DNA of 63,999 bases, counting the filler, from Candidatus Babelota bacterium (GTDB lineage Bacteria; JAGOBX01), in NCBI GenBank assembly GCA_017999075.1. It is 13 parts of 13 records of this genome, joined end to end, with 100 filler letters (N's around TTAATTAATTAA, not from the genome) between each part and the next. Parts side by side here need not be neighbours in the genome. Positions count along the whole stretch, not along the records: positions 38,933 to 42,045 come from JAGOBX010000490.1; positions 42,146 to 45,256 come from JAGOBX010000491.1; positions 45,357 to 48,467 come from JAGOBX010000492.1; positions 48,568 to 51,677 come from JAGOBX010000493.1; positions 51,778 to 54,877 come from JAGOBX010000494.1; 8 more parts are not named here. The stretch is one strand, 5' to 3'. The notes beneath the pieces are model-generated. The model did not search any database and was not told the origin of the DNA. It saw only the letters and a program-made list of their open reading frames with translations. Shown here one piece after another: positions 40,215 through 51,937 of the stretch (its first letter is position 1; each line of letters opens with the position of its first letter). Both the position numbers and the translations under genes were made by a program.

Positions 40215-40320
40215 ATTTTTTCAAAAAAAATAATTTAGAATTGTAAGTTTAAATTTAATTTAATTCTTATAAATTAAAAACTTAACATTTTCAATATTAA
40301 TTTCAAATTTTATAATCAAT

Positions 40321-41433
40321 TCATTTAACAGGTATATCCACTACAAACCTAACATATTCATCCTGTTTGCTTTCACACATTATTGAACCACCAAGAATTT
40401 TCATAATTTCTTTAGAATTATACAATCCTAGTCCTGTTCCTTTCTGTTTCAATGTTATATTATTTCTCAAACGCCCGAATTTATTGAACAACTGCTGTAT
40501 TTCATCCGTGCGTAATCCTGCGCTTGAATTCTGTATTTCAAAATATAATTTATCTCCTGAAGAAAAAATATTATAAATTATTTCCCCTTTTTCATCACTA
40601 TATTTTATTGCGTTACTGAACAAATTATTCAATACAACTTTTAACAATTCAGGATCTGAATTTATAATATAGTTATCTTTCAAGCTATTGTCCTTAGCGC
40701 TGACTTTTTTCTTATTTTTCTGAAGTAATATCTGAATATTGGCCAATATCGGCATTAAAACTTCATTAACAAAATTGGTTTCTCTGCAATCTTTAATTAT
40801 TTCACCTTTTTCAAGTTTCGACAAATTCAGATAGCGTTCTATCATAGACTGGATATAAGCGGCATTTCTATCCATTATATCTATAAGTTTTTGCTGATCA
40901 GACGAGAATTGCCCTACAATTCCGTTTTTTAAAGTTTCTGCTGCGCCAAGTATTGAAGTCAATGGATTTTTCAATTCATGAGATATAAAGCCGAGCATTT
41001 CCATATAATGTCTGTTTTTCTGTTCCAATCTGTTTAACGCGTCGCGCAGCCTGAGCATTACTTTAACGCGGGAGACAAGTTCAAGAGGGTCAAACGGTTT
41101 AAGCAAATAGTCGTCTGCTCCGATATCAAGACCTTTTGCTTTACTTTTTATATCAAGAAATTTTGAAGTCAAAAACATTACAGGTATATGTTTAGTAGTC
41201 TCTCTATTTTTCAATTCTTCACACACCTGAAAGCCATCAATTCCAGGAGGCATATAAATATCCAATATAATCATATCAGGCTGTTCTTTTTCGGCAATTT
41301 CAATACCGTCTCTTCCATTGTTAGCGCTTAATATTTCAATATTCAATTTTTTAAATATTACCGATATTGTATAAATAACATCATGCTGATCATCTACAAT
41401 CAACACTTTTTGTTTTGTATCTTCATTCTTCAT
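40321..41433 (-). CDS. Hybrid receiver-histidine kinase
   Basis: REC domain, SHELKNPL, NLFSNAIKY, GTGLGL. Confidence 0.94.
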   Translation of the reverse strand: MKNEDTKQKVLIVDDQHDVIYTISVIFKKLNIEILSANNGRDGIEIAEKEQPDMIILDIYMPPGIDGFQVCEELKNRETTKHIPVMFLTSKFLDIKSKAKGLDIGADDYLLKPFDPLELVSRVKVMLRLRDALNRLEQKNRHYMEMLGFISHELKNPLTSILGAAETLKNGIVGQFSSDQQKLIDIMDRNAAYIQSMIERYLNLSKLEKGEIIKDCRETNFVNEVLMPILANIQILLQKNKKKVSAKDNSLKDNYIINSDPELLKVVLNNLFSNAIKYSDEKGEIIYNIFSSGDKLYFEIQNSSAGLRTDEIQQLFNKFGRLRNNITLKQKGTGLGLYNSKEIMKILGGSIMCESKQDEYVRFVVDIPVK

Positions 41434-42045
41434 CCGAATAATCTCCTTTTTCGTTTAAAACAGAATTTTCATTTGAATTCCATCCAAAATTTTCTTCTTC
41501 AGCTTCTTCTTTTTCCTGAGGAATAGTAAAAGTAAAAGTTGTTAAACTGTTAGGTTTACTTTCACACCATATTTTTCCTTTTAATTTTTCGATTATTTCA
41601 CGAGTTACAAACAATCCCAAACCTGTTCCTGGAATCTTGCCTTTTACAGAATCCAAGCGTTCAAATTTTTCGAAAACAGTTTTCAATTTATCTTCAGGAA
41701 TGCCGTCTCCAAAATTGGAAACGCTGCATTTTATCTGATTATCAATAACTTTAATATTATACATTATTTCAGTATTCGGATACCCGTATTTAATAGCATT
41801 GCTGAACAAATTGTTAAATACAACCAATATTAATTGAGGATCAGTGGAAGTTATTACGCTGTCATCATTGGCACCCAATCCTTTGACAAGCTTCATTCCT
41901 TTTTCCTGCGCCACACGCGACAAATCCATTATTATCGGAACTATTATATCATTCACTAATTCCATACGCCTGTATTCAACAGTCATTTCACCTTTTTCAA
42001 TTTTAGACAATCCCAAAAATTTTTCAATCATATTTTTCTGATTTT
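41423..42045 (-). CDS. Sensor histidine kinase, C-terminal HATPase fragment
   Basis: NLFSNAIKY, G.GIP, FEKF, GTGLGL; cut by linker. Confidence 0.9.
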
Positions 42046-42145
42046 NNNNNNNNNNNNNNNNNNNNNNNNNNNNNNNNNNNNNNNNNNNNTTAATTAATTA
42101 ANNNNNNNNNNNNNNNNNNNNNNNNNNNNNNNNNNNNNNNNNNNN

Positions 42146-44469
42146 TTATTATTATCAGAATTGAAATAAAAATAAAGACCTTTATCTTTGTTTTCTCTGA
42201 ATATATTGTTATAAAATGTATTATTTGATACAGAAGTGCTTGTATGTCCCCCATAATTCATATTCCAGCGCATATAGCATCCGGAAATATAATTATAATA
42301 TATATCATTTTCCATATACAGTCCGGCAATAACGTTTGAATCAAGTTTACAATCAGTCAGATTATTATATGATGATGAAAATTTTAAAAACACTCCTGAA
42401 TAATTATTTCTGAATTCGCTGTTTCTTGTATTGCTGTAATTTGAGTATGTTAAATAAAATCCGTGAGATGAACAATCTTTTATTCTTATATTTTCAATAG
42501 TAGATGTGTCAGAATATCCGATATACAAACCAGTATATGCTCCTGTAATGCAAAGATTCTTTATTGTAATATAATCCCGGTTGTTAACGTAAATCCCATA
42601 AAGATTTACAACGTTCGAGTCTCCAGGAGGATCAATTATTGTCAAACTCGAATCTGCGCCGATTATCGCTATGTTATCAGTATCAATCACTATTGTTTCA
42701 GAATAAGTCCCTGAAGCAATATTTATCGTATCTCCTGCTGTCAGCAATCCTATTCCATTAGCTCCAATAATATTTTTAATATATTTTTTCGGAAAAGACG
42801 GAGTTAATCCGCTGTTAGAAGTATCTCCAGTTGATATATTAACGTACCAATTATTAGGTACAGATGTGTTTACAATAGTAAAAGTTTGTTCTGCTGACCA
42901 TTGTGAATTCATCATTCCCGCATCAACAGATTGAATAGCATAATAATAAGTTCCTGGAGATAATTTGTTTGGAGATATTATAGCTGATGTCCCATTCTGT
43001 ACATTTCCAGTAAAAGTGCTGCTTATTGAATCATTGGAATCAGTGTCAGCAGCCATAATTTGACATCCGTTAGAAACATTTCCAATACGAAGATTGTATG
43101 TCATTGCCGATGCTGGTGTAGTGTCGCCGGCAACATAATTCCATTGTAAATTCACGGTGTCTGATATTTCAAAAACCATTCCTTCTGGAGTAATGAATGA
43201 TGGTGTGGCAGGTCTTGAATTTATAAAACCATTACCGTCGTTCCTGTAAATAATTAAACGTCTGTTTATTGAATCCCAGCCTGAAACCGCTAAATCAAGA
43301 TCTCCGTCATTATCATAATCTCCCCAGGCTATTGATGAGAAACCTACTCCTGCATTTGACCCCATTGGTTCTGCTGCATTACTAAAACTCGAACCTCCGT
43401 CATTTCTGAAAATTATTAATCTGTATAACCCGTTATATCCTGAAACCGCTAAATCCAAATCTCCGTCATTGTCATAATCTCCCCAGCATATCGAAGAATT
43501 ATACAATCCGGCGTTTACTCCTATTGGTTCTGCTGCATTTGTAAAACTTGAACCTCCGTCATTACGAAAAATTATTAATCGTTTATTTGTTCCTCCATCC
43601 TGGCCTGAAACAGCTAAATCAAGATCCCCGTCATTATCATAGTCTCCCCAGGCTATTGAAGAATAATACACTCCTTCATTTATTCCCATCGGTTCAGCTG
43701 CATTTGTAAAACTGTTGTTTCCGTTATTACGGAAAATTATCAACCTTTTGTTTGAGGCTCCATCCTGTCCTGAAGCCGCTAAATCCAAGTCTCCGTCATT
43801 GTCATAATCGCCCCAGGCTATTGATGAATACCATAGTCCTGCATTTGTTCCCATTGGTTCCGACGCATTTACAAAAGTTCCGCTGCCGTCATTACGAAAA
43901 ATTATCAAACGCTTATTTGCAGCTCCATCTAAGCCTGATACTGCTATATCTAAATCTCCGTCATTATCATAATCTCCAAAATCTATAGAACTGCTTCGAA
44001 CCCCTGAATTAATTCCCATTGGTTCCGCTATATTTGTATAAGTGCTGTCACTATTATTCCTGAAAATAATAAAACGTTTATTTGTTCCGCCATCCTGCCC
44101 TGAAACTGCTATGTCCAAATCTCCATCATTATCATAATCCCCGCAGTCAACTGATATCTGCCAGCCTCCATTTCCAATACCTGAATTTACGCCCATTGGC
44201 TCGTCTGCTATAGAAAAATTTCCGTTATTGTTGTTTCTAAAAATTATAAATCTCGAATTTGTTCCTGTATCCTCTCCAGTAACTAATAAATCCAGGTTTC
44301 CATCATTATCCAAATCACACCAGCATATTGATGAAGTTTGAACACCTAAATTATTGCCCATTGGTTCTGTAGCATTAGTCCAACCTGCATAAATAAAGTC
44401 ATAAAATGACATTACTGATAATATCGTTATTATAAATAAAGATACAATTTTATAAAAAAGTTTCTGCAT
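42146..44469 (-). CDS. Secreted FG-GAP/VCBS beta-propeller plus parallel beta-helix protein, 3'-truncated
   Basis: Signal peptide; seven repeats of about 55 aa (GDYDNDGDLDLAVSG); GTYSETI and NosD-like repeats. Confidence 0.88.
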
Positions 44470-44711
44470 TTTCCTATAAATAATATTACTTTAGTATATT
44501 TTTAAATAATACTTAGCAATTTGTATTCCAAAAATAATGAAATGTTTTAAAAATTTTATAATAATATTATATTATTTTCAAGTACTTAATTAATTATTTT
44601 TTTTCTTTTTTTTTAGTCAAGTGTTTTATTTGTGTTTTTTTCAAATATGTGTAAAAAAATCACAATTTTGTATTGTATTTTTTTCAATAATTATATAAAA
44701 ATATATTTGTT

Positions 44712-45256
44712 ATGACACAATATGGAATTTTTATAGAAGAAAATGATAAACTTTATCTCAATTTAATTCTCGAAAAAATTTACGAGAATACCAAATATGA
44801 TTTTCGAAATTATCGGGAATCTACGCTTTTCAGAAGAATTTCACGCAGATTATATAACTCTTCATCTATAAATTTTGAGCAATATTACAATTATTTAGAT
44901 CTTCATTCAAACGAATATGCTAATTTGATAAAAGATTTAACAATAAATGTAACAGAATTTTTTAGAGATATTGAATACTGGAATTCGTTTACTTCTAACC
45001 ATATTGTGCAAATAATTAAAAATTCAGTATCTGAAAGAAAAAATTCAATAAATATATGGAGCGCAGGATGCGCTTCAGGCGAAGAGGCTTATTCTGCAGC
45101 AATTTTGTTTTATGATTTTATTAAAACAAATAACATTCCTTTGCACATTAAGGTTACAGGTACTGATATTTCCTCAGATCACCTGGAAACAGCAGAATCA
45201 GGAATTTATAATTGCGATAAAATTATATCCGGTTTTTTTCCTGAATACGAAAAAAA
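44712..45256 (+). CDS. cheR: CheR-type methyltransferase, fragment
   Basis: DF..Y..STL.RRI.RR, TINVTEFFRD, WSAGCASGEEAYS, GTDIS. Confidence 0.9.
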
Positions 45257-45356
45257 NNNNNNNNNNNNNNNNNNNNNNNNNNNNNNNNNNNNNNNNNNNN
45301 TTAATTAATTAANNNNNNNNNNNNNNNNNNNNNNNNNNNNNNNNNNNNNNNNNNNN

Positions 45357-48300
45357 ATGTAATACCGTTATTTATTTCCGACCAATCAGATTTAAACAAC
45401 TTATAATTTGTACCGTTATATATCGCAGCGCAAAGTTCCCATGCATTATCGGTAGTTGTCTGACATTCCATAAAATCAGGAAGCCATACCTGACCTCCTG
45501 AAACAAAATCTATTGCAAAATAAATATCAAGATAATTCTGTTCTGAATTAATCCCAAGTTCATACAAATCAATTCTGAAATAATAATTGTTTACCCCTTC
45601 TCTTGAATACAACGCTACAATATCTCTGCAATCGTCATAACCATCTTCAAGCCTATACTGATCTTGACAATTATCCAATGCCCTTACATCCGCATATTTC
45701 CAGTCAAGAAAGTCTCCATCGATAATCCTGTCTTCAAGAACTACGTTAATTGAGCGCGGAACAGCATAAACTTCTGCAGATTTCAAACTTTCATTCCCAG
45801 AAATATCAACAGCAGAAATTTTATAGTAATATTCAGTTCCATTTGTTAAATTCAAATCATTATAAAATACTGAATAAATATAAGAAGAATTTATTTTTAT
45901 AAATTCTCCAGATGTTTTACGGTAAATATTGTATCCTATTATATCAGTATCCGAACCTGCACTCCACTTCAAAGAAACAGTCCTATCTCCTGACTGCGCA
46001 GAAAAATTTTCAGGATACGATGGAGCAATCATATCTACAATACCTGTTCTGACAGGCATATAATTTACTTTACCGACACCAGCATTGTCAGATGAATCAT
46101 ATATTTTTGATTCTATATTTGCTATTACGGTTGTTCCCCACCAGTTATTTACAGCATCAACAATCCCCGAATTATTATTTTCCACAGAATAACCCGAATT
46201 ATTAAAAATATTATTAAAATTAATTCTCGGATTAAGCGAACTTCCGTAAATTCTTATTCCTGTAGTATTATGGGTGATATCGCAATAAGATACAGCAGCA
46301 TTATGATTTTTTATTAAAACACCTGTAGAATTTTTATAAACAGTATTTTTAAATAACTTAGCTGAATTCTGCAATTCAAATCCTACTGACGCATATTCAA
46401 TAATTAAATTATTCAAAGTATCAGAAATAGAACCTGCTGCTACAATGCCCTGCCAATCTCCAGATTGAGGAGTCCCTGAATTTGAAGTAAACAGAACGCT
46501 GCCTCCAGAAATTATCCCGGCATTCTGGCACAATATAATTTCTATTTTTGAAGAATTGAATCCTAAATTATTATTGTCAACCAAATTTACTTGACATATT
46601 ACTCCTGGTTCAATTGTAAGTTTAATCCCCGTATCAATAATTAAATCTCCATCAATTATATACGGGCTGTGTAATAAATCCCATGTTGTATTTGTTGAAA
46701 TTCTTCCATTTTTATTCGGAGAAACCGGAACAGCTGAAATAAAATTAGACGCTTCGCTTTCAATTCCTGTAATGCTGACTGATTTAACATAATAATTATA
46801 TGAATTATTATTTACAGCTCCGGTATCTATGTAAGCATTACCTGATTGAATATAGGCAATTTTAATACCGTTTCTATAAATATTAACTCCTGTAATATCT
46901 GGCGTTCGCTGAATAGTCCAATTGAGAGAAACCTGATTGTTTCCGGAAGTTGCAGTTAATGACGAAGGAACAGAGGGAAGGGAAGTATACAGGGAAGATT
47001 CCCACGATGTTTTCACAACCATTTTATTTAATCCCTGATCCAAAATCGTCAAAATTCTGTTATTATCAGGATATACTCCGAAATCTTTTTCCCAATTAGC
47101 ATTAGTCGGAACAGCTTTAATGAATTTATATTGAAGATTCATCGAAGGCAATAATTGTAATGTAATATAATATAACGAATCGCCATAATAATTCAGTTCA
47201 TTCGAACTCGGCGACCAGGACGGAGTCAACGAATCTCCCGCTATTCTTACATAATTAAACCCGGATTGCGTCTGCATATTTATTATAAACATAACGTCTA
47301 TCAAACCTACTGGCATCAGCCTTATCTCCTGATTCACTGAACTTTCCACTCCGCGTGAAGAAACTGTTTTTACTGTGAATGCATAAATAGTTCCGTTGGT
47401 AAGCGGAACTCTGTTTATATCATTGATTGTAAACGAATTGGTTGTTATTGTATCACTATTTACTTTTACAAGAACTCCACCTGACTGAAGATTATAAACA
47501 TTAAAACCTGAATATTGGCCTGACGGCACTGTCCAGGTTAATGTCAACATTCTGTTTCCAGCCGTTCCATTTAACCCAGTTGGCGGATTAGGAGGGTGGA
47601 CTTCCAAGACTAAAGCGCTTGTTTCATTTGAATATAAGCTTAAATTAGAAGGAATAGCATTGTCAAATGCTTTCAAAACATAATAATATATATGACCGGC
47701 AGCAACATTAGTATCTGTAAAAGACGACACATTAGAATCAGTAATATTTTTTATCAAAACATAATTTGACCCGCTTGTTTGAGTACGGTAAATTTTATAT
47801 CCTGATAAGTCAGTTTCAAGATTTTTTGACCAGTTTAAAACAATTTGTTCAACCTGTCCTGAAGCGCAAAGGTTTTTTGGAGCTAACGGAGCTATTATAT
47901 CAACAAGCGCAGGTTTTCCTGAAACAACAGCAGATGAATCGCTTTCATTTTGAGGACTCCAGTTGTCAACCGCTTTCACTATAAAATAATAATTTGTTCC
48001 GTTCATCAATCCCGTTATTCTATAAAAATTTTGAGTTATCAAATTCCCATTAATTTTAATATAGTCTCCATCAGTCGATAAACTTCTATAAACGTTATAT
48101 CCCGCTAAATCCAATTCCGTATTGGCGTTCCACTTTAAATCAATATAACCATTACCTGCCGTAATAGTAACATTACCAGGAATAGCCGGAGGATCAGTAT
48201 CTGTAGGTAAGGAAGTTATCGGAATTATATCTTCTCCAGCCCATGAATTGTCATCATAATGAAAAATAAAATTTATCTGTGTAACCTTATTTATTCCATT

Positions 48301-48467
48301 AAAAGGTCCAGTAACTATTTTCTTATTTGGATCAAGAACTGTTTCAACCGATTTCCCATCTGAATAAGCAACAGTTCCCTGCGGCCAGTAATTTTGTGAC
48401 GGAAGATTCCAGCCATTAGTCCCCCAGTGCAGCTTACCTGCTTTAGAACCTGTAATGGTTATAGTAT
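45357..48467 (-). CDS. Internal fragment of a large secreted multi-FN3 / CBM / beta-helix protein
   Basis: Repeated L.W...D..GY.IYR...YYY...AVD FN3 modules and a CBM20-like YKF...WE...NR module; the frame appears to extend to both contig edges. Confidence 0.8.
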
Positions 48468-48706
48468 NNNNNNNNNNNNNNNNNNNNNNNNNNNNNNNNN
48501 NNNNNNNNNNNTTAATTAATTAANNNNNNNNNNNNNNNNNNNNNNNNNNNNNNNNNNNNNNNNNNNNAAATAATATAACTATTACGATTAAAAAAATATA
48601 TTTTGTTTTTTTCACAATAAATTCCTCCTGAAAGAGAACTGATTATCGATAAGAAATTGTTTTAAAAAATGTTTATTATTCATCGTATAATATAATCCGT
48701 AATTTA

Positions 48707-51553
48707 TTAAAAATTATATTTTACTTCAAGTTTATAGTTGTTTTCTATGTATTCGCTTGTAGTCTGCGGTTTATAATGTTCATCAGTATATTGATATTTC
48801 GCAAATAACGACAAATCAGCATTGTATTTATAAGAAATTGTCAGAGAAACTTTGTCGCTGTATTTATTTTCGTGACCTGATGTTGAAGGATCAGAAAATT
48901 TTTTAAAATTATAAGTGTATTTAAAATTATTAGAAATGTTTTTGAATTTATAAGTTGTTTCTGCGCTTAATTGAACATCCTTGTATGTATAAGCATCTAC
49001 AGAAGGATAATAATATTTATGTTCGAGCTGCCATGCTAATTTCAAAGGTAAAAATTTTAATAATGAGTTGTCGGCTGCAAGACCATAAAATTTTTTCTTT
49101 TCATCGGTTCTCTGGTCAGGATTAGAAGCGTTTGATTCATCGTGTTTATAATCCCTGTTATAATTGAAAACGAATTTAGTTGAAATAGGATTAATCGAAA
49201 AATTCAGAATATGATCAAATATTTTTTCGGTTTTATCAGAACATTCGTTTGAACACCATTCAGATTCAAGCTGATACGAAGCTTCGTACGCTATACCTAA
49301 AGGAAAAAGCGTTTTAAGAGTTGTTTTGCTTGTAAATCCTGTTTTAGACGGGAATAACCCATTAAGATTATTTTTCCATTTTTCATATTTGAAATCAGTA
49401 GCGTTTATATGAAATTTTTTTTCTTCTTTTTTAGTATGTCTGATAGAATATGTAATAGTTCTTTTTCCACCTTCACTTCCCTGATCCCCGCCTTCTACAT
49501 ACCAGTCTCCGGAAATAGTTTTAATTTTAATATTAACATCCAAATCATTTGATTTATTCCATTTTCCGACAAATTTTAAAAATGATTTTTCAAAAAATGA
49601 ACCAAAGTTCGAAGAAAGAAATTTGTAATTTAATTCGGTTTGAAATGAATTATCTTTTACAGAACGGGTTTCGTTTGTAATATCATAATCAATATAGGAA
49701 ACTCCGTATTCATATAAAAACTTAAGATTTTTCATTAACTGGTATGTCATATCAAAACCGTATGACGTATTCCGTTTCGGCTGAATAGAAGCAGAATCAA
49801 TTAAAGCTGAGTTTTCATCTTCAGCAGTATGAACTACTGAAAGACCTAAATCCATTTTCTTCAATGGATTTGTTCTATAATTTAATGCAAACGTATATTG
49901 TAAATACTGACCGCTTTCAACCTGGCCTTCATTTTTTTCTTTTTGCTGATTAACATTGATTGACTCCTTGGTAACGCCTGAAGCAAATGTAATTAAATTA
50001 TTTGCAAAATATTTTTTTTCTGCTTTTGAATTATAAAACATTTCTGAAACTGAAGTTTTTTCATCGAAGATATCGGTTTTCCCCCTTTTTTTATTAATTA
50101 AATTGTCAAGTTTTATTTCTGTACCGAATCCGTACTCAACAGAAGGATGTTTAACCAGATCTGCAAAATTTCTTGCTGAAAATTTTCCTAGAGAAAGTTT
50201 AATATCATTGTTAGAAATACTTGATTTGAATTCATCGAGCGCTACCCCATCCCAATGATTTCTAAAATATTTAACACTGCTTTGAAGTGTGTAATCCCCG
50301 ATTTTATTTTGGTAGCTTAAATTAAAATCGTAGTTTGCACCAGGTACAGGATTAGTCTGGGCGGTGCTTGACCGTTTATCTTTAACTTCATAAGTGGTGG
50401 TGGTATTAAATTTTGATTTTGTGTATGATTTTGATTGGGTTTCTCTTTCAAGTTTTCTTGCTTCAATATCAAGCTGTCTCTGATTATGTAAAGCTATAAG
50501 CGAAGATATTTTTGAAATAGTTATAGGTAATGGATTAATTTTTCCGAATTCTTGTGCAATAATTTGCTGGGACATATATCCTTTAACATTATTTTCTATA
50601 TTGGCCAGTATTTGTTCAGGTGGATTATTTTTCAATTCAGGATTTTTTTTGAAAAATTTCAGCATATATTCTTCGGATTTTTCTTTTTTGCCTGACAATT
50701 GATAAGAAATACCTGTCAATCCTTCAATATTGATAGAATAAAATTCGTTTTCAGAATTTTGATTTTTATGTAATAATGTTAATGCTCCGGAATAGTTTTT
50801 TAAATTAATTAAATTTATTGATTTTAATAAATCAATTTTATCATTATCTAAATTTAAAGTTTGATTGGATAAATCATATTTTTTATATTTTGATAAAATC
50901 ATCGACAATAAAAGTTTTATATTTATATCCTGATAATTCAAAGCAATGACGCGTTTTGATTTATCTACAAATTCATTTTCATTATCAGTTATAAAATCAC
51001 ATATTGCCGATGTCTTTATAATTGAATTATGAAACGGATTTAACTTTAAAGCGTCGTTAAGGTAATTTGATGCTTTTTCATATTTTTTCTGTTTGATATA
51101 AATTAATGCAATATTGTATTTTGACGGGTAATGATCAGGATTTTCTTTTAAATAACGTGTATAATACTCCAAAGCAAGTTCATAATTACCTGAATTAAAA
51201 TTAAAATTACCAGCATCAAACATTGAATCTTTTTTGATTATTTTTAATTTTGCTCCTGCTTTGATTTTTGTAATAACAAGAGGATTGACTTTTGCTATAG
51301 ATTGTTCTGCTTCAGTTTGAATAATATTAAAAAAACCGATTTTTGAATTGTTTTCATACAAATATACTACAACTCCAGGCAGAACATTATCCTTTAATCC
51401 GACATTTAATATTATATCGTTTGAATTTTCAATATAATTTATAACTTGAATTTCTATTTCTTCTGATTCAGCACCTGATGATGCGGCATAAATCTGATTA
51501 TTAAGCATAAGTAAAAAAAGGAATATAATAATTGTAAAAAATTTGTGTTTCAT
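48707..51553 (-). CDS. Secreted TPR-repeat protein with C-terminal beta-barrel-like region
   Basis: Signal peptide, TPR motifs (GNY..A..YY...L..NP), amphipathic strands, terminal YNF. Confidence 0.7.
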   Translation of the reverse strand: MKHKFFTIIIFLFLLMLNNQIYAASSGAESEEIEIQVINYIENSNDIILNVGLKDNVLPGVVVYLYENNSKIGFFNIIQTEAEQSIAKVNPLVITKIKAGAKLKIIKKDSMFDAGNFNFNSGNYELALEYYTRYLKENPDHYPSKYNIALIYIKQKKYEKASNYLNDALKLNPFHNSIIKTSAICDFITDNENEFVDKSKRVIALNYQDINIKLLLSMILSKYKKYDLSNQTLNLDNDKIDLLKSINLINLKNYSGALTLLHKNQNSENEFYSINIEGLTGISYQLSGKKEKSEEYMLKFFKKNPELKNNPPEQILANIENNVKGYMSQQIIAQEFGKINPLPITISKISSLIALHNQRQLDIEARKLERETQSKSYTKSKFNTTTTYEVKDKRSSTAQTNPVPGANYDFNLSYQNKIGDYTLQSSVKYFRNHWDGVALDEFKSSISNNDIKLSLGKFSARNFADLVKHPSVEYGFGTEIKLDNLINKKRGKTDIFDEKTSVSEMFYNSKAEKKYFANNLITFASGVTKESINVNQQKEKNEGQVESGQYLQYTFALNYRTNPLKKMDLGLSVVHTAEDENSALIDSASIQPKRNTSYGFDMTYQLMKNLKFLYEYGVSYIDYDITNETRSVKDNSFQTELNYKFLSSNFGSFFEKSFLKFVGKWNKSNDLDVNIKIKTISGDWYVEGGDQGSEGGKRTITYSIRHTKKEEKKFHINATDFKYEKWKNNLNGLFPSKTGFTSKTTLKTLFPLGIAYEASYQLESEWCSNECSDKTEKIFDHILNFSINPISTKFVFNYNRDYKHDESNASNPDQRTDEKKKFYGLAADNSLLKFLPLKLAWQLEHKYYYPSVDAYTYKDVQLSAETTYKFKNISNNFKYTYNFKKFSDPSTSGHENKYSDKVSLTISYKYNADLSLFAKYQYTDEHYKPQTTSEYIENNYKLEVKYNF

Positions 51554-51937
51554 AATATATTTTTATCCTCAAAATTTTTTTAAATCTATTATGGTATAAG
51601 TATATTTTCAAATACAAATATATCAATAGTAATTTTATAAAAATAATGAAAAAAATTATAGAAAAAAATATATTGTANNNNNNNNNNNNNNNNNNNNNNN
51701 NNNNNNNNNNNNNNNNNNNNNTTAATTAATTAANNNNNNNNNNNNNNNNNNNNNNNNNNNNNNNNNNNNNNNNNNNNTCATAACTCCTCCTTGAAAACTA
51801 TAGTTAATTAATTAGTATAAAAAAATAAATTAAAATATCAAGAAAATAAAATTTTTTGTTTTTGACTTAAAAATAAATACAATGTAAAATAAATTGCAAA
51901 ATTAGACTTAAAAAAATATATTTTTTTGAGGCAAAAA

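Noticed and set aside
43235-44385. Roughly 165-bp DNA repeats as a novel array
   Set aside because: They are fully explained by seven in-frame FG-GAP propeller blades
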